From: Clostridia bacterium | GTDB lineage: Bacteria > Bacillota > Clostridia > Oscillospirales > Acutalibacteraceae | Assembly (NCBI GenBank): GCA_017436225.1 | Contig: JAFSDM010000042.1 | Location: 38,346-102,345, forward strand | Direction: 5' to 3' | DNA: 64,000 nt | Shown here: piece after piece, positions 29,424 through 38,988 of the stretch | How positions within the stretch are numbered: the first letter of the stretch is position 1 | Layout: each line of letters starts with the position of its first letter | Translations under genes and position numbers: made by a program | The notes under the pieces: model-generated | Database searches by the model: none | The model's input: the letters and a program-made list of their open reading frames with translations, nothing else | What the model was told of the DNA's origin: nothing

Positions 29424-32264
29424 TTAATTATTAAGAATTTTTTTAAGAAAACGACCTGTGTGAGATTTTTCACAGGCGGCAACCTCTTCGGGAGTACCTT
29501 CACAGACAACCTCGCCACCCTTATCGCCGCCTTCGGGACCTAAATCTATAATATAATCGGCGGTTTTAATAACATCTAAATTATGCTCTATAACAAGCAC
29601 GGTGTTGCCTGTTTCTACAAGATGCTGTAAAACTTCTAAAAGCTTGTGAACATCGGCAGTGTGAAGACCTGTGGTTGGCTCATCTAAAATATAAATTGTT
29701 TGACCTGTAGCTCTTCTTGCGAGTTCGGTAGCAAGTTTTACACGCTGAGCCTCACCACCCGAAAGAGTGGTTGCAGGTTGACCGATTTTAACGTAACCTA
29801 ATCCAACGTCACAAAGTGTTTTTAGCTTACGGTGAATTTTTGGTATGCTTTCAAAGAATTTTGTAGCTTCTTCGGCAGTCATTTCCAAAACGTCGTAAAT
29901 ATTTTTGCCCTTATACCTTACCTCCAAGGTTTCACGGTTATAGCGTGTGCCGCCGCATACTTCACAAGGCACGTAAACATCGGGCAGAAAATGCATTTCG
30001 ATTTTTAAAATACCGTCACCCTGACAGGCTTCACAACGACCTCCCTTAACGTTAAAGGAAAATCTACCGGCATTATATCCCTTTGCTTTTGAATCCTTGG
30101 TTGAAGCAAAAAGCTCTCTGATATCATTAAAAACGCCTGTGTAGGTGGCAGGGTTTGAACGGGGTGTTCTGCCTATTGGGGATTGGTCAATATCTATTAC
30201 CTTATCTAAAAGCTCAATTCCCTCGATTTTTTTGTGCTTACCCGCAATTCTGCGAGCGCCCATAAGCTCGGCTTCAAGCTTTTTATAGATTATGGAATTA
30301 ACAAGCGAAGATTTACCCGAGCCCGAAACACCCGTAACCGCAACAAAGCAACCAAGCGGAATTTTTATATTTACATTTTTAAGATTGTTTTCGGCGGCGC
30401 CTATTACCTTTAGGTAGCCTTTTTTATGCTCACGTCTGATTTTTGGTACTGGGATTTTTCTTCTTCCTGAAAGGTACTCGCCCGTTATGGAATTTTTGCA
30501 CTCCATAATCTCTTTCGGGGTGCCTGCGGCAACAATTTCACCGCCGTGTACGCCCGCACCGGGACCAATATCCACAATATAATCCGATTCAAGCATTGTT
30601 TCTTCATCGTGCTCCACCACGATTAAGGTATTACCCAAATCTCGAAGCTTCTTAAGGGTGGCAAGTAGCTTTTCGTTATCACGCTGATGAAGACCTATAC
30701 TGGGCTCATCTAAAATATAAAGCACACCCATAAGCGAGGAGCCAATTTGAGTAGCCAAGCGAATTCTTTGGCTTTCACCGCCCGAAAGGGAGCCTGCGGC
30801 ACGTGAAAGATTAAGGTATGAAAGACCTACGCTTTTAAGGAAGTTAAGACGGTTTTTTATCTCCTTACAAACAGGACGGGCTATTACCTCATCACGCTTT
30901 GAAAACTCTATTTTTTCAAAGAAATCTAAAGCATCATCTACCGACATTTTGCAGACATCATCTATATTCTTTTCGCCTACCGTAACAGCAAGTGCTTCGG
31001 GGCGAAGTCTTTTTCCTTTACAATCGGGGCAGTTGCACTCGCTCATAACCATTTCAATTTCGGCGCGCATCCAGTCACTTGAAGTTTCTTTATATCTGCG
31101 CTCAAGATTATTAACAACGCCTTCAAACTGCGAAAGATACTCTCCCCCCGCCCACTCATTATTGCGGGTAAATTTGATTTTTTCCTTTGTGCCGTAAAGA
31201 ATAACCTTTTTTGCCTTTTCGGGGATTTTTTTAAAGGGGGTGTTTATATCAAAACCAAAATGCTCGGCAATACCTTTATAGTACATAGCAGCTATGGTTT
31301 CGCCATCGCCGCCTTTAAAGGGGTGAATTCCCCAACCGCTAGCCTTAATAGCATATTCCATAAGAGATTTTGAATCATCGGGAATGAGCAAATCTACGTC
31401 TACCCTTTTAAAATACCCAAGACCCGTACAGGTAGGACAGGCACCAAAAGGATTATTAAAAGAGAACATTCTTGGGCTTAAATCGGGTATGCTGATGCCG
31501 TGGTCGGGACAGGCGTAGTTTTGTGAGAATAAAAGCTCCTCTCCGCCCACTACATCTACCACTATAAGTCCGTTTGTAAGACTGCTTGCGGTTTCTATGC
31601 TATCTGCAAGTCGGCCTCTGATTTCCTCCTTAATAACAAGGCGGTCAACCACTATTTCAATGGTGTGTTTAATATTTTTATCTAAAGAAATTTCTTCCGA
31701 AAGGTCGTACATACTGCCATCAATACGCACGCGAACATAGCCCGAACGCTTGGCTTTTTCAAGCTCCTTTGCATATTCGCCCTTTTTGCCACGCGCTATT
31801 GGAGCCATTATTTGAATTCTTGTACCGCTTTCAAGCTCTAAAATTTTATCTACTATGCTATCGACCGTTTGACCGTGAATTTCTCTGCCGCAAATCGGAC
31901 AGTGCGGTGTGCCGACTCTTGCAAAAAGAAGTCGCAAATAATCGTAAATTTCGGTAACGGTACCAACGGTAGAGCGAGGATTTTTAGAGGTTGTTTTTTG
32001 GTCGATGGAAATGGCGGGCGAAAGGCCCTCAATGCTTTCTACATTAGGCTTTTCCATTTGACCCAAAAACATTCTGGCATAGGAAGAAAGGGACTCCATA
32101 TATCTTCTTTGACCTTCGGAATAGATTGTATCAAAGGCAAGCGAAGACTTTCCCGAGCCTGAAAGACCTGTAAAAACAACAAGCTTATCACGCGGGATTT
32201 CTATATTAACATTTTTTAAATTATGCTCTTTTGCACCCTTTATTACAATAGACTCCCTTGCCAT
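29424..32264 (-). CDS. uvrA: excinuclease ABC subunit A
   Basis: 946 aa. Two ABC modules ([18 protein letters not shown]), zinc-finger cysteines and LSGGE signatures. Confidence 0.97.
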   Translation of the reverse strand: MARESIVIKGAKEHNLKNVNIEIPRDKLVVFTGLSGSGKSSLAFDTIYSEGQRRYMESLSSYARMFLGQMEKPNVESIEGLSPAISIDQKTTSKNPRSTVGTVTEIYDYLRLLFARVGTPHCPICGREIHGQTVDSIVDKILELESGTRIQIMAPIARGKKGEYAKELEKAKRSGYVRVRIDGSMYDLSEEISLDKNIKHTIEIVVDRLVIKEEIRGRLADSIETASSLTNGLIVVDVVGGEELLFSQNYACPDHGISIPDLSPRMFSFNNPFGACPTCTGLGYFKRVDVDLLIPDDSKSLMEYAIKASGWGIHPFKGGDGETIAAMYYKGIAEHFGFDINTPFKKIPEKAKKVILYGTKEKIKFTRNNEWAGGEYLSQFEGVVNNLERRYKETSSDWMRAEIEMVMSECNCPDCKGKRLRPEALAVTVGEKNIDDVCKMSVDDALDFFEKIEFSKRDEVIARPVCKEIKNRLNFLKSVGLSYLNLSRAAGSLSGGESQRIRLATQIGSSLMGVLYILDEPSIGLHQRDNEKLLATLKKLRDLGNTLIVVEHDEETMLESDYIVDIGPGAGVHGGEIVAAGTPKEIMECKNSITGEYLSGRRKIPVPKIRREHKKGYLKVIGAAENNLKNVNIKIPLGCFVAVTGVSGSGKSSLVNSIIYKKLEAELMGARRIAGKHKKIEGIELLDKVIDIDQSPIGRTPRSNPATYTGVFNDIRELFASTKDSKAKGYNAGRFSFNVKGGRCEACQGDGILKIEMHFLPDVYVPCEVCGGTRYNRETLEVRYKGKNIYDVLEMTAEEATKFFESIPKIHRKLKTLCDVGLGYVKIGQPATTLSGGEAQRVKLATELARRATGQTIYILDEPTTGLHTADVHKLLEVLQHLVETGNTVLVIEHNLDVIKTADYIIDLGPEGGDKGGEVVCEGTPEEVAACEKSHTGRFLKKILNN

Positions 32265-32525
32265 AATTTACTCCTTAACTTCTTTGTTTTTAATATGTGA
32301 TTTTTTATACCTTTTATAAAAACATTATTACATTTTATTTTACCAAAAACTGATTTTATTGTCAAGATTAGCAGGTGTTTAACATTGCCAAATTAACCCG
32401 TAATGCCCAATTAAATTTTAATATACGAAATTGCGGCTTAAGTTTTATAAAAGCAATCGCCGCTTTGGCTACGGGGGGAGAGAAAACAAACAAAATATTG
32501 TATTATTTTATAAAAACGGAGGTAA

Positions 32526-33146
<621 letters not shown>

Positions 33147-33177
33147 AAAAAGGTTTGTGCAAATCGAAGGTTTTTTC

Positions 33178-33228
33178 GTAGGGAACGACCTCAAGTGTCG
33201 TTCCGCAAAAATCATCGCAAATTTGCGG
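33178..33228. repeat. copy 1 of a ~50-bp hairpin module (GGAACGAC-N7-GTCGTTCC ... AAAATCATCGCAAATTTG)
   Basis: Seen directly in the sequence. The CCGCAAA/TTTGCGG stem plus TTTT may also terminate the recombinase transcript. Confidence 0.6.
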
Positions 33229-33316
33229 TTTTACGGCCGTCCCCGGACGGGGAAGGTGGGTTTTGTGCGGCGAATAGCCGTGCAAAAGTCGGAAGGGGAG
33301 ATTGTTTGTATTTTAT

Positions 33317-33366
33317 GCGGAACAACACATAGGTTGTTCCCTACAATATCATTACAAATTTGTGCG
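33317..33366. repeat. copy 2 of the ~50-bp hairpin module (GGAACAAC-N7-GTTGTTCC ... AATATCATTACAAATTTG)
   Basis: Direct repeat of copy 1. The G-to-A change in the stem is matched by C-to-T in the partner arm. Confidence 0.6.
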
Positions 33367-33406
33367 ATAAACTCCAATTTATAGGTATAACTATAAATAA
33401 AAACAG

Positions 33407-33432
33407 CTACCAAAAGGTGTACTTTTTGATAG
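33407..33432. repeat. left hix-like crossover site CTACCAAAAGGT-GT-ACTTTTTGATAG
   Basis: 26-bp imperfect palindrome with central dinucleotide GT. Embedded in the hairpin AAACAGCTA...TAGCTGTTT followed by a T-run. Confidence 0.7.
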
Positions 33433-33472
33433 CTGTTTTCGTGTGTCTAATTTTAGCACATATTCCCTTAAA

Positions 33473-33500
33473 TTGCAATACTTTATACATAATTTGTAAT
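33473..33500 (+). promoter_or_regulatory. candidate sigma-A promoter inside the invertible segment (ON orientation)
   Basis: TTGCAA (33473-33478), 16 nt spacer, TGTAAT (33495-33500). There is no promoter-like sequence in the 36 bp between the right site and the ATG. Confidence 0.4.
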
Positions 33501-33544
33501 GTTTTATTAGGAATATTTACCATATGATTTTCAAACAACCACTT

Positions 33545-33570
33545 TTATCAAAAAGTACACCTTTTGATAA
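33545..33570. repeat. right hix-like crossover site TTATCAAAAAGT-AC-ACCTTTTGATAA
   Basis: 26-bp imperfect palindrome. Central AC is the reverse complement of the left site's GT. Confidence 0.7.
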
Positions 33571-33606
33571 AAGTATCTAACAAATTACGTAAGGAGAGTT
33601 TTGTGA

Positions 33607-36204
33607 ATGAAAAAAATACTTTCAATTCTTTTAGCTGCGGTTTTAATTGTAACCGCCATGCCGCTAGGCGCTTTTGAATTTAAAGCAAGTGCAGCAACTG
33701 AAGGTTATTATACCTATACAGTATCAAACGGCGAAGCAACCATTACAGATGTTAGTACGTCAATTAGCGGTGCTGTAACTATTCCCTCCACCTTAGGCGG
33801 TTATCCCGTAACCGGTATAGGTGATTATGCATTTTATCGTTGCGAAAACCTTACAAGTATAACCATCCCAAATAGCGTAACAAGTATAGGTGATATGGCA
33901 TTTTATCATTGCAGAAGCCTTATAAGCGTGAGCCTTGGTGATAGTGTAGCAAGTATTGGTGAAATGGCATTTTGTGATTGCTCTAGCCTTACAAGCGTGA
34001 CCCTTGGTGATAGTGTAACAAGTATAGGTAATTATGCATTTTATAATTGCTCTAGCCTTACAAGCGTAAGCCTTGGTGATAGTGTAACAAGTATAGGCGA
34101 ATATGCATTTGGGGGTTGCGATAGCCTTGCAAGCGTGAGCCTTGGCAATAGCGTAACAAGTATAGGTGATAGTGCATTTTCTCTTTGCGAAAACCTTACA
34201 AGTATAACCATACCTGATAGCGTAACAAGCATAGGCGAATATGCATTTGAATATTGCGATAGCCTTGCAAGCGTGAACCTTGGCAATAGCGTAACAAGTA
34301 TAGGCGATGAAGCATTTTATGGTTGCTATAGCCTCACAAGCGTGAGCCTTGGCAATAGCGTAACAAGTATAGGTGATAGTGCATTTTCTCTTTGCGAAAA
34401 CCTTACAAGTATAACCATACCTGATAGCGTAACAAGCATAGGCGAATATGCATTTGAATATTGCGATAGTCTTGAAAACATAACTATCGGCGATAGTGTA
34501 ACCAGTATAGGTAAATGGGCATTTTATGGTTGCGATAGCCTAAAAACCGTATATTACCGTGGAAAGGTAGAAGATAAGACAAAAATTACAATCGGTCCAT
34601 ACAATTCTGACCTTACTAACGCCGCTTGGTATTATAACAGTTGTATTGGTAGGGCTGAGCATACGTACACTGGTATTTGTGATGCAGATTGTAACGGATG
34701 TGGCAATACTCGTACCGCACCTGATCACGTATATGATAACGATTGCGATGATAGCTGTAACGGATGTGATGCGGTTCGCACAATAACTCACGTCTATACA
34801 AATGATTACGATGTAACTTGTAATCTTTGTGAAAAAACCAGAACAATTACTGGAACAACTGGTTACTGCACTTGGACTCTTGATGGCACAGTTTTAACCA
34901 TAAGTGGTAATGGTGCTATGGAAGATTTCTCCCACATTAGTAGTTTTCTGAATTTAGAAATAACAGAAGTTATTATTGAAAATGGTGTAACAAACATTGG
35001 CAATTATGCATTTTGTTATTGCAATAACCTTGAAAGCATAACTATCGGCAATAGCGTAACAAGTATAGGTGACGGGGCATTTGAAGATTGCAATAGTCTA
35101 ACCAGCATCACCATCGGGGATAGCGTAACAAGTATAGGTGACGGGGCATTTGAAGATTGCAATAGTCTAACCAGCATCACCATCGGGGATAGCGTAACAA
35201 GAATAGGTTCTTATGCATTTTATTCTTGCGATAGCCTTGAAAGCATAACCATACCCGATAGCGTAACAAGTATAGGTTCTTATGCATTTTATGATTGCTA
35301 TAGCCTTACAAGCGTGAGCCTTGGCAATAGTGTAACAAGTATAGGTTCTTATGCATTTTATAATTGCGATAGCCTTACAAGCATAGTCATACCCAATAGT
35401 GTAACAAGTATAGGCGAATATGCATTTATTTATTGTAATAGTCTCAAAAGCGTAACTATAGGAGATAACGTAATTAGTATAGATAAATTTGCATTTTGGG
35501 GTTGCGATAGCCTAACAAGCATAACCATCCCAAATAGTGTAACAAGTATAAGCAATTCTACATTTTCGCACTGCAAAAGCCTTACAAGTATAACTATCCC
35601 AGATAGTGTAACAAGCATAGGTATGTATGCATTTGCAGATTGTTATAGTCTAACAACCGTATATTACCGTGGAAGTGAAGATGATAAGGAAAAAATTTCT
35701 ATAGATTCTAGTAATTCCTATCTTACCAACGCTACATGGTATTATAACAGTTGCGTTGGTAGTGCAAATCATACTTATGATAACGCTTGTGATGCTGATT
35801 GTAATGTATGCGGTTTTGTTCGCAAAGTAGAACACACCTTCACAAACGAGTGTGATGGTGAATGTGATATTTGTTACGAAACACGTAAAGCACCTCACAA
35901 ATACGATAGCGTATGCGACCCAGAATGTAATTTATGCGGTAAAAAGCGTTCCGTTCCCGAACACACCTACGGTGACGATAAGGTTTGTGACGTGTGCGGT
36001 CACAAAAACTTCGTTTTAGGCGATATTAACGGCACAGGCGAAGTAGGGCTTGACGATGTTACTGTTTTATCTAAATATTTAGCAGGATGGAACGTAGATG
36101 TTAACGAAGACGCTTTAGACGTTAGCGGTGATGGAGTTGTAAATCTTTTTGATTTAGTTCGCTTGTCGCAGTACATTGCCGGTTGGGACGTTACACTTCA
36201 CTAA
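33607..36204 (+). CDS. large secreted LRR (BspA-type) protein with Cys-rich spacers and C-terminal dockerin
   Basis: 865 aa. Signal peptide is nearly identical to that of the 395-aa paralogue. Two blocks of 23-aa LRR units are each followed by CxxxCxxC-rich spacers. C-terminal dockerin (GDINGTGEVGLDDV... / DVSGDGVVNLFDLV...). RBS AAGGAGAG. Confidence 0.85.
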   Translation: MKKILSILLAAVLIVTAMPLGAFEFKASAATEGYYTYTVSNGEATITDVSTSISGAVTIPSTLGGYPVTGIGDYAFYRCENLTSITIPNSVTSIGDMAFYHCRSLISVSLGDSVASIGEMAFCDCSSLTSVTLGDSVTSIGNYAFYNCSSLTSVSLGDSVTSIGEYAFGGCDSLASVSLGNSVTSIGDSAFSLCENLTSITIPDSVTSIGEYAFEYCDSLASVNLGNSVTSIGDEAFYGCYSLTSVSLGNSVTSIGDSAFSLCENLTSITIPDSVTSIGEYAFEYCDSLENITIGDSVTSIGKWAFYGCDSLKTVYYRGKVEDKTKITIGPYNSDLTNAAWYYNSCIGRAEHTYTGICDADCNGCGNTRTAPDHVYDNDCDDSCNGCDAVRTITHVYTNDYDVTCNLCEKTRTITGTTGYCTWTLDGTVLTISGNGAMEDFSHISSFLNLEITEVIIENGVTNIGNYAFCYCNNLESITIGNSVTSIGDGAFEDCNSLTSITIGDSVTSIGDGAFEDCNSLTSITIGDSVTRIGSYAFYSCDSLESITIPDSVTSIGSYAFYDCYSLTSVSLGNSVTSIGSYAFYNCDSLTSIVIPNSVTSIGEYAFIYCNSLKSVTIGDNVISIDKFAFWGCDSLTSITIPNSVTSISNSTFSHCKSLTSITIPDSVTSIGMYAFADCYSLTTVYYRGSEDDKEKISIDSSNSYLTNATWYYNSCVGSANHTYDNACDADCNVCGFVRKVEHTFTNECDGECDICYETRKAPHKYDSVCDPECNLCGKKRSVPEHTYGDDKVCDVCGHKNFVLGDINGTGEVGLDDVTVLSKYLAGWNVDVNEDALDVSGDGVVNLFDLVRLSQYIAGWDVTLH
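34132..34469 (+). repeat. 131-bp perfect direct repeat inside the LRR gene (34132-34262 = 34339-34469)
   Basis: Identical by direct comparison. The 207-bp offset equals three 23-aa LRR units, so it is in frame. Confidence 0.85.
35051..35201 (+). repeat. perfect 69-bp tandem repeat, about 2.2 copies, inside the LRR gene
   Basis: 35051-35119 equals 35120-35188, and the third copy matches for 13 nt. One unit encodes one 23-aa LRR. Confidence 0.85.
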
Positions 36205-36240
36205 AAATATTATTAAATAAAAATCCTTTTTAAACTAAAA

Positions 36241-36270
36241 CCCAAGACTAAAATTTAGTCTTGGGTTTTG
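36241..36270 (+). terminator. intrinsic terminator after the LRR gene
   Basis: Stem CCCAAGACTA / TAGTCTTGGG followed by TTTT. Confidence 0.8.
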
Positions 36271-36356
36271 GCATATTATACAGCATTTTAAACCTTAAAA
36301 TTTTAAACGTTGGGTGTTTAAAAACGGCTTTTTCTCTTCTTTGTTCGGGGCGGCAT

Positions 36357-36382
36357 AAAAAACGACCCGTAAAAACGGGTCG
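36357..36382 (-). terminator. intrinsic terminator after yebC
   Basis: Minus-strand stem CGACCCG / CGGGTCG followed by T6. Confidence 0.7.
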
Positions 36383-36398
36383 CATTAAACTTCAAAAA

Positions 36399-37130
36399 TT
36401 ATTCCTCGGGCATTTCCCAGTTGTGCCAGATATCCTGAACGTCATCATTTTCTTCAAGAATATCAATAAGCTTTTCCATTTTAACCACGTCATCGGGATT
36501 GGTGAGAGTGGTGGTTGTGGAAGGCACATAGGCAACCTCGGCAGAAAGGAAGCTATAGCCTGCGGCTTCTAAAGCATCACGAACTACACCTAAATCGTTA
36601 GGAGCAGTGGTGATTTCATAAACACCGTCTTCGGCATTAAAATCTTCTGCGCCTGCTTCTAAAGCGGCTTCCATAACGGTATCCTCGTCAAGACCCTCGG
36701 CATCAATAGTGATAACGCCTTGGCGATTAAACATAAAGGTAACCGAGCCGGGCTGACCCATATTGCCGCCAAATTTATCGAAATAGTGGCGAAGGTCACC
36801 TGCTGTACGGTTTCTGTTATCGGTAAGAGCCTGAACGATTACGGCTACACCGCAAGGACCGTAGCCCTCATAAACGATATCCTCATAGTTGTTGCCGCCC
36901 GTTTCGCCTGCGGCTTTTTTAATAATACGGTCGATATTATCGTTGGGAACGTTTGCCGCCTTTGCCTTTGCGATAACATCCTTAAGCTTGCTGTTTACGT
37001 TGGGGTCGGGTCCGCCGTTTTTAACAACTACTGCAAGCTCTCTACCTATTTTGGTGAAAACCTTTGCGCGCTGTTGGTCGGTCTTTTCTTTTTTGCGTTT
37101 AATTGTGCTCCATTTGGAATGTCCTGACAT
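36399..37130 (-). CDS. yebC: YebC/PmpR-family DNA-binding regulator / translation factor
   Basis: 243 aa. MSGHSKWSTIKRKK N-terminus is diagnostic. Confidence 0.9.
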   Translation of the reverse strand: MSGHSKWSTIKRKKEKTDQQRAKVFTKIGRELAVVVKNGGPDPNVNSKLKDVIAKAKAANVPNDNIDRIIKKAAGETGGNNYEDIVYEGYGPCGVAVIVQALTDNRNRTAGDLRHYFDKFGGNMGQPGSVTFMFNRQGVITIDAEGLDEDTVMEAALEAGAEDFNAEDGVYEITTAPNDLGVVRDALEAAGYSFLSAEVAYVPSTTTTLTNPDDVVKMEKLIDILEENDDVQDIWHNWEMPEE

Positions 37131-37150
37131 AAATTTATCTTTCCTTTCGG

Positions 37151-37828
37151 TTATTTTGTATTGCTTTTAACTATACGGGCAATAAATTCAAGCGCTTCCC
37201 TTTTAGATTGGTCGGCATCTTCGTTTTTTTCAAATGTGGTACCGTCAATTTTACGGCAACAGATGGATAAATCCTCGGGCCATCTGAGATTTAGTTCTGC
37301 CTTAACCTCTGCCTTAGGTTTTTGAATTATATGGGTATTTCCTACGCAAAAGCCCTTGCCGTCATTATCAGGAAGCCCTAAATTATCAATAAATTGGGTT
37401 TCTTCATTAAGCGAATTAATCCATTTTAAACAACTTTTATCGGTTAAAAACAGCATTGCTTCAGGGTCGCCCATTAAAAGCACTTGAAGCTTTTGCTGCT
37501 TACCATAGGCGGTTTGAAAATCGGACTGGTTGCTATCCATAGTGCAGTCAACAAGCAAAACGTTAACCTCACCGTCGCCGTTTAAATCCTCACCGTACTG
37601 TTTAAGCTCCTTTTGCACTGCATCAAGCTGAATACTGGAAAGGGTCATAGAACGGGTTGCAACGATTATTTTATAATCATAATTGGTTTTTGTGGCGCAC
37701 TGCGCAATAGAAACCGCAAGTGTTACAATAGCAAGCAAAAACACTATGCTATGGTATTTATAATGATACCAAAAATTCTGAAGCTTGGCTTTAAAGCCTT
37801 TTGGTCTTACCAAATTTTCGCCTGCCAT
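37151..37828 (-). CDS. hypothetical membrane-anchored protein
   Basis: 225 aa. A single N-terminal TM segment, then a soluble domain. No motif recognised. Confidence 0.5.
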   Translation of the reverse strand: MAGENLVRPKGFKAKLQNFWYHYKYHSIVFLLAIVTLAVSIAQCATKTNYDYKIIVATRSMTLSSIQLDAVQKELKQYGEDLNGDGEVNVLLVDCTMDSNQSDFQTAYGKQQKLQVLLMGDPEAMLFLTDKSCLKWINSLNEETQFIDNLGLPDNDGKGFCVGNTHIIQKPKAEVKAELNLRWPEDLSICCRKIDGTTFEKNEDADQSKREALEFIARIVKSNTK

Positions 37829-37883
37829 AATCCCCCTCCTTAAAATAGTTTACAAGATATTATATCACTTAAATATGAACACT

Positions 37884-38765
37884 TCAAGTATTTTTATTAT
37901 TATTTGAAAATACGTCTGCAACCTCACTGATGGTAATGTAGGCTGATGGGTCAATTTCGTGAACAAGATCTTTCATTCTTATAACCTGATACCTATTAAC
38001 AACAAAATATATCATTGATTTATCGCGATTTGAATAACCGCCCTTTGCTTCAAGGTGGGTCATTCCGCTACCAAATGTCTCGCTTAAGGCTTTGCAAACC
38101 TCTTCTGCCTTTTCGGTTATGATTATAGCGCATTTTGCTCTGTCAATGCCCTCTACAATGAAGTCGATTGTTTTAAGCGCGGCGGCATAGGTAACAATTG
38201 AATATAACGGTAATATCCAGCTTTTAAGCACAAATCCGCAAATAACGTATAGCAAAATATTATAGATCATTACAAAGGTGCCAACCGTAATACCAAGCTT
38301 TTTTGCAAAAATAACCGCCATAACCTCAATTCCATCCATAGCGCCGCCATAACGGATTGCAAGTCCGCTGCCTATTCCCGAAATAACACCGCCAAAAAGC
38401 GCGCAAAGCAAAAGGTCAGTTCCCGCAAGAGGGGATGCTATGCTAACATCAATCGGGAAAACATCGGTTATTAGCCAGGCAAAAACAGAATAGATTGATA
38501 CGGTGTAAATAGCATAGACAGTAAAAAGCCAACCCTGCTTTTTAAGACCGAACAAAAAAAGCGGAATATTTAATACTAAAAGAAAAACCGAAAGGGTTAA
38601 ATATTCGGGGGTTATCTGCTCCAATAACATTGAAGTTCCCGAAATACCGCTATCGTAAAGCTTTACAGGTGTTAAGAAAATTGTAATGCCCACTGCATTT
38701 ACAATACCCGCTATTGTAAGCATAATAAGATTAAAAACGCGAACTCTTTTTAAGGATTTTATCAC
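37884..38765 (-). CDS. YitT-family membrane protein (DUF2179 C-terminal domain)
   Basis: 293 aa. Polytopic N-terminal part plus a C-terminal ...GMTHLEAKGGYS... segment typical of YitT. Confidence 0.8.
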   Translation of the reverse strand: MIKSLKRVRVFNLIMLTIAGIVNAVGITIFLTPVKLYDSGISGTSMLLEQITPEYLTLSVFLLVLNIPLFLFGLKKQGWLFTVYAIYTVSIYSVFAWLITDVFPIDVSIASPLAGTDLLLCALFGGVISGIGSGLAIRYGGAMDGIEVMAVIFAKKLGITVGTFVMIYNILLYVICGFVLKSWILPLYSIVTYAAALKTIDFIVEGIDRAKCAIIITEKAEEVCKALSETFGSGMTHLEAKGGYSNRDKSMIYFVVNRYQVIRMKDLVHEIDPSAYITISEVADVFSNNNKNT

Positions 38766-38889
38766 ATTATTTTCCTCACTTGTATTTTATCATCTTAATT
38801 ATAACATATGTGCGACTGTTTTTCCACTTTCATTTTAAACAAGTAAAAAATGTTTTTGTATTATATTTTTATATTTTTATTATATAATC

Positions 38890-38919
38890 TTGATATATTG
38901 ATATGTGGTGTGTTATAAT
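38890..38919 (+). promoter_or_regulatory. candidate extended -10 promoter for trkAH
   Basis: TTGATA (38890-38895), 18 nt spacer, TGT-TATAAT (38914-38919). Confidence 0.45.
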
Positions 38920-38988
38920 GAAAATAATTATGGGTAACTTCAAATTTAAAATTCACATTCTAAATTCTTAAAAAAGGAATAATGCGAG

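Larger units (their letters stand above)
33407..33570. promoter_or_regulatory. putative invertible promoter switch (inverton) controlling the 865-aa LRR/dockerin gene
   Basis: The two 26-bp sites are in inverted orientation (23/26 identical), ~138 bp centre to centre. The segment carries a promoter-like element facing the downstream gene. The serine recombinase gene is adjacent. Confidence 0.6.

Noticed and set aside
32340-32365. A possible third hix-like site (TTACCAAAAACT-GA-...) upstream of the recombinase gene, which would make the recombinase gene itself invertible.
   Set aside because: Only one half-site resembles the YTAYCAAAARGT consensus. The partner half (TTTTATTGTCAA) does not, so it is probably a chance AT-rich match.
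33800-35650. Regular ~69-bp periodic repeats that could look like a CRISPR array or satellite.
   Set aside because: The periodicity is the 23-aa leucine-rich repeat of a continuous 865-aa ORF. The units are in frame with variable 'spacers' that are simply diverged LRR residues. No cas genes are present.
36261-36572. The 103-aa plus-strand ORF spanning the yebC 3' end.
   Set aside because: It covers two terminator hairpins and runs antisense into yebC. It has no RBS and is spurious.
38766-38988. A possible c-di-AMP riboswitch upstream of trkA.
   Set aside because: The region is extremely AT-rich with a plain promoter. It has no conserved GC-containing riboswitch core and no attenuator hairpin.
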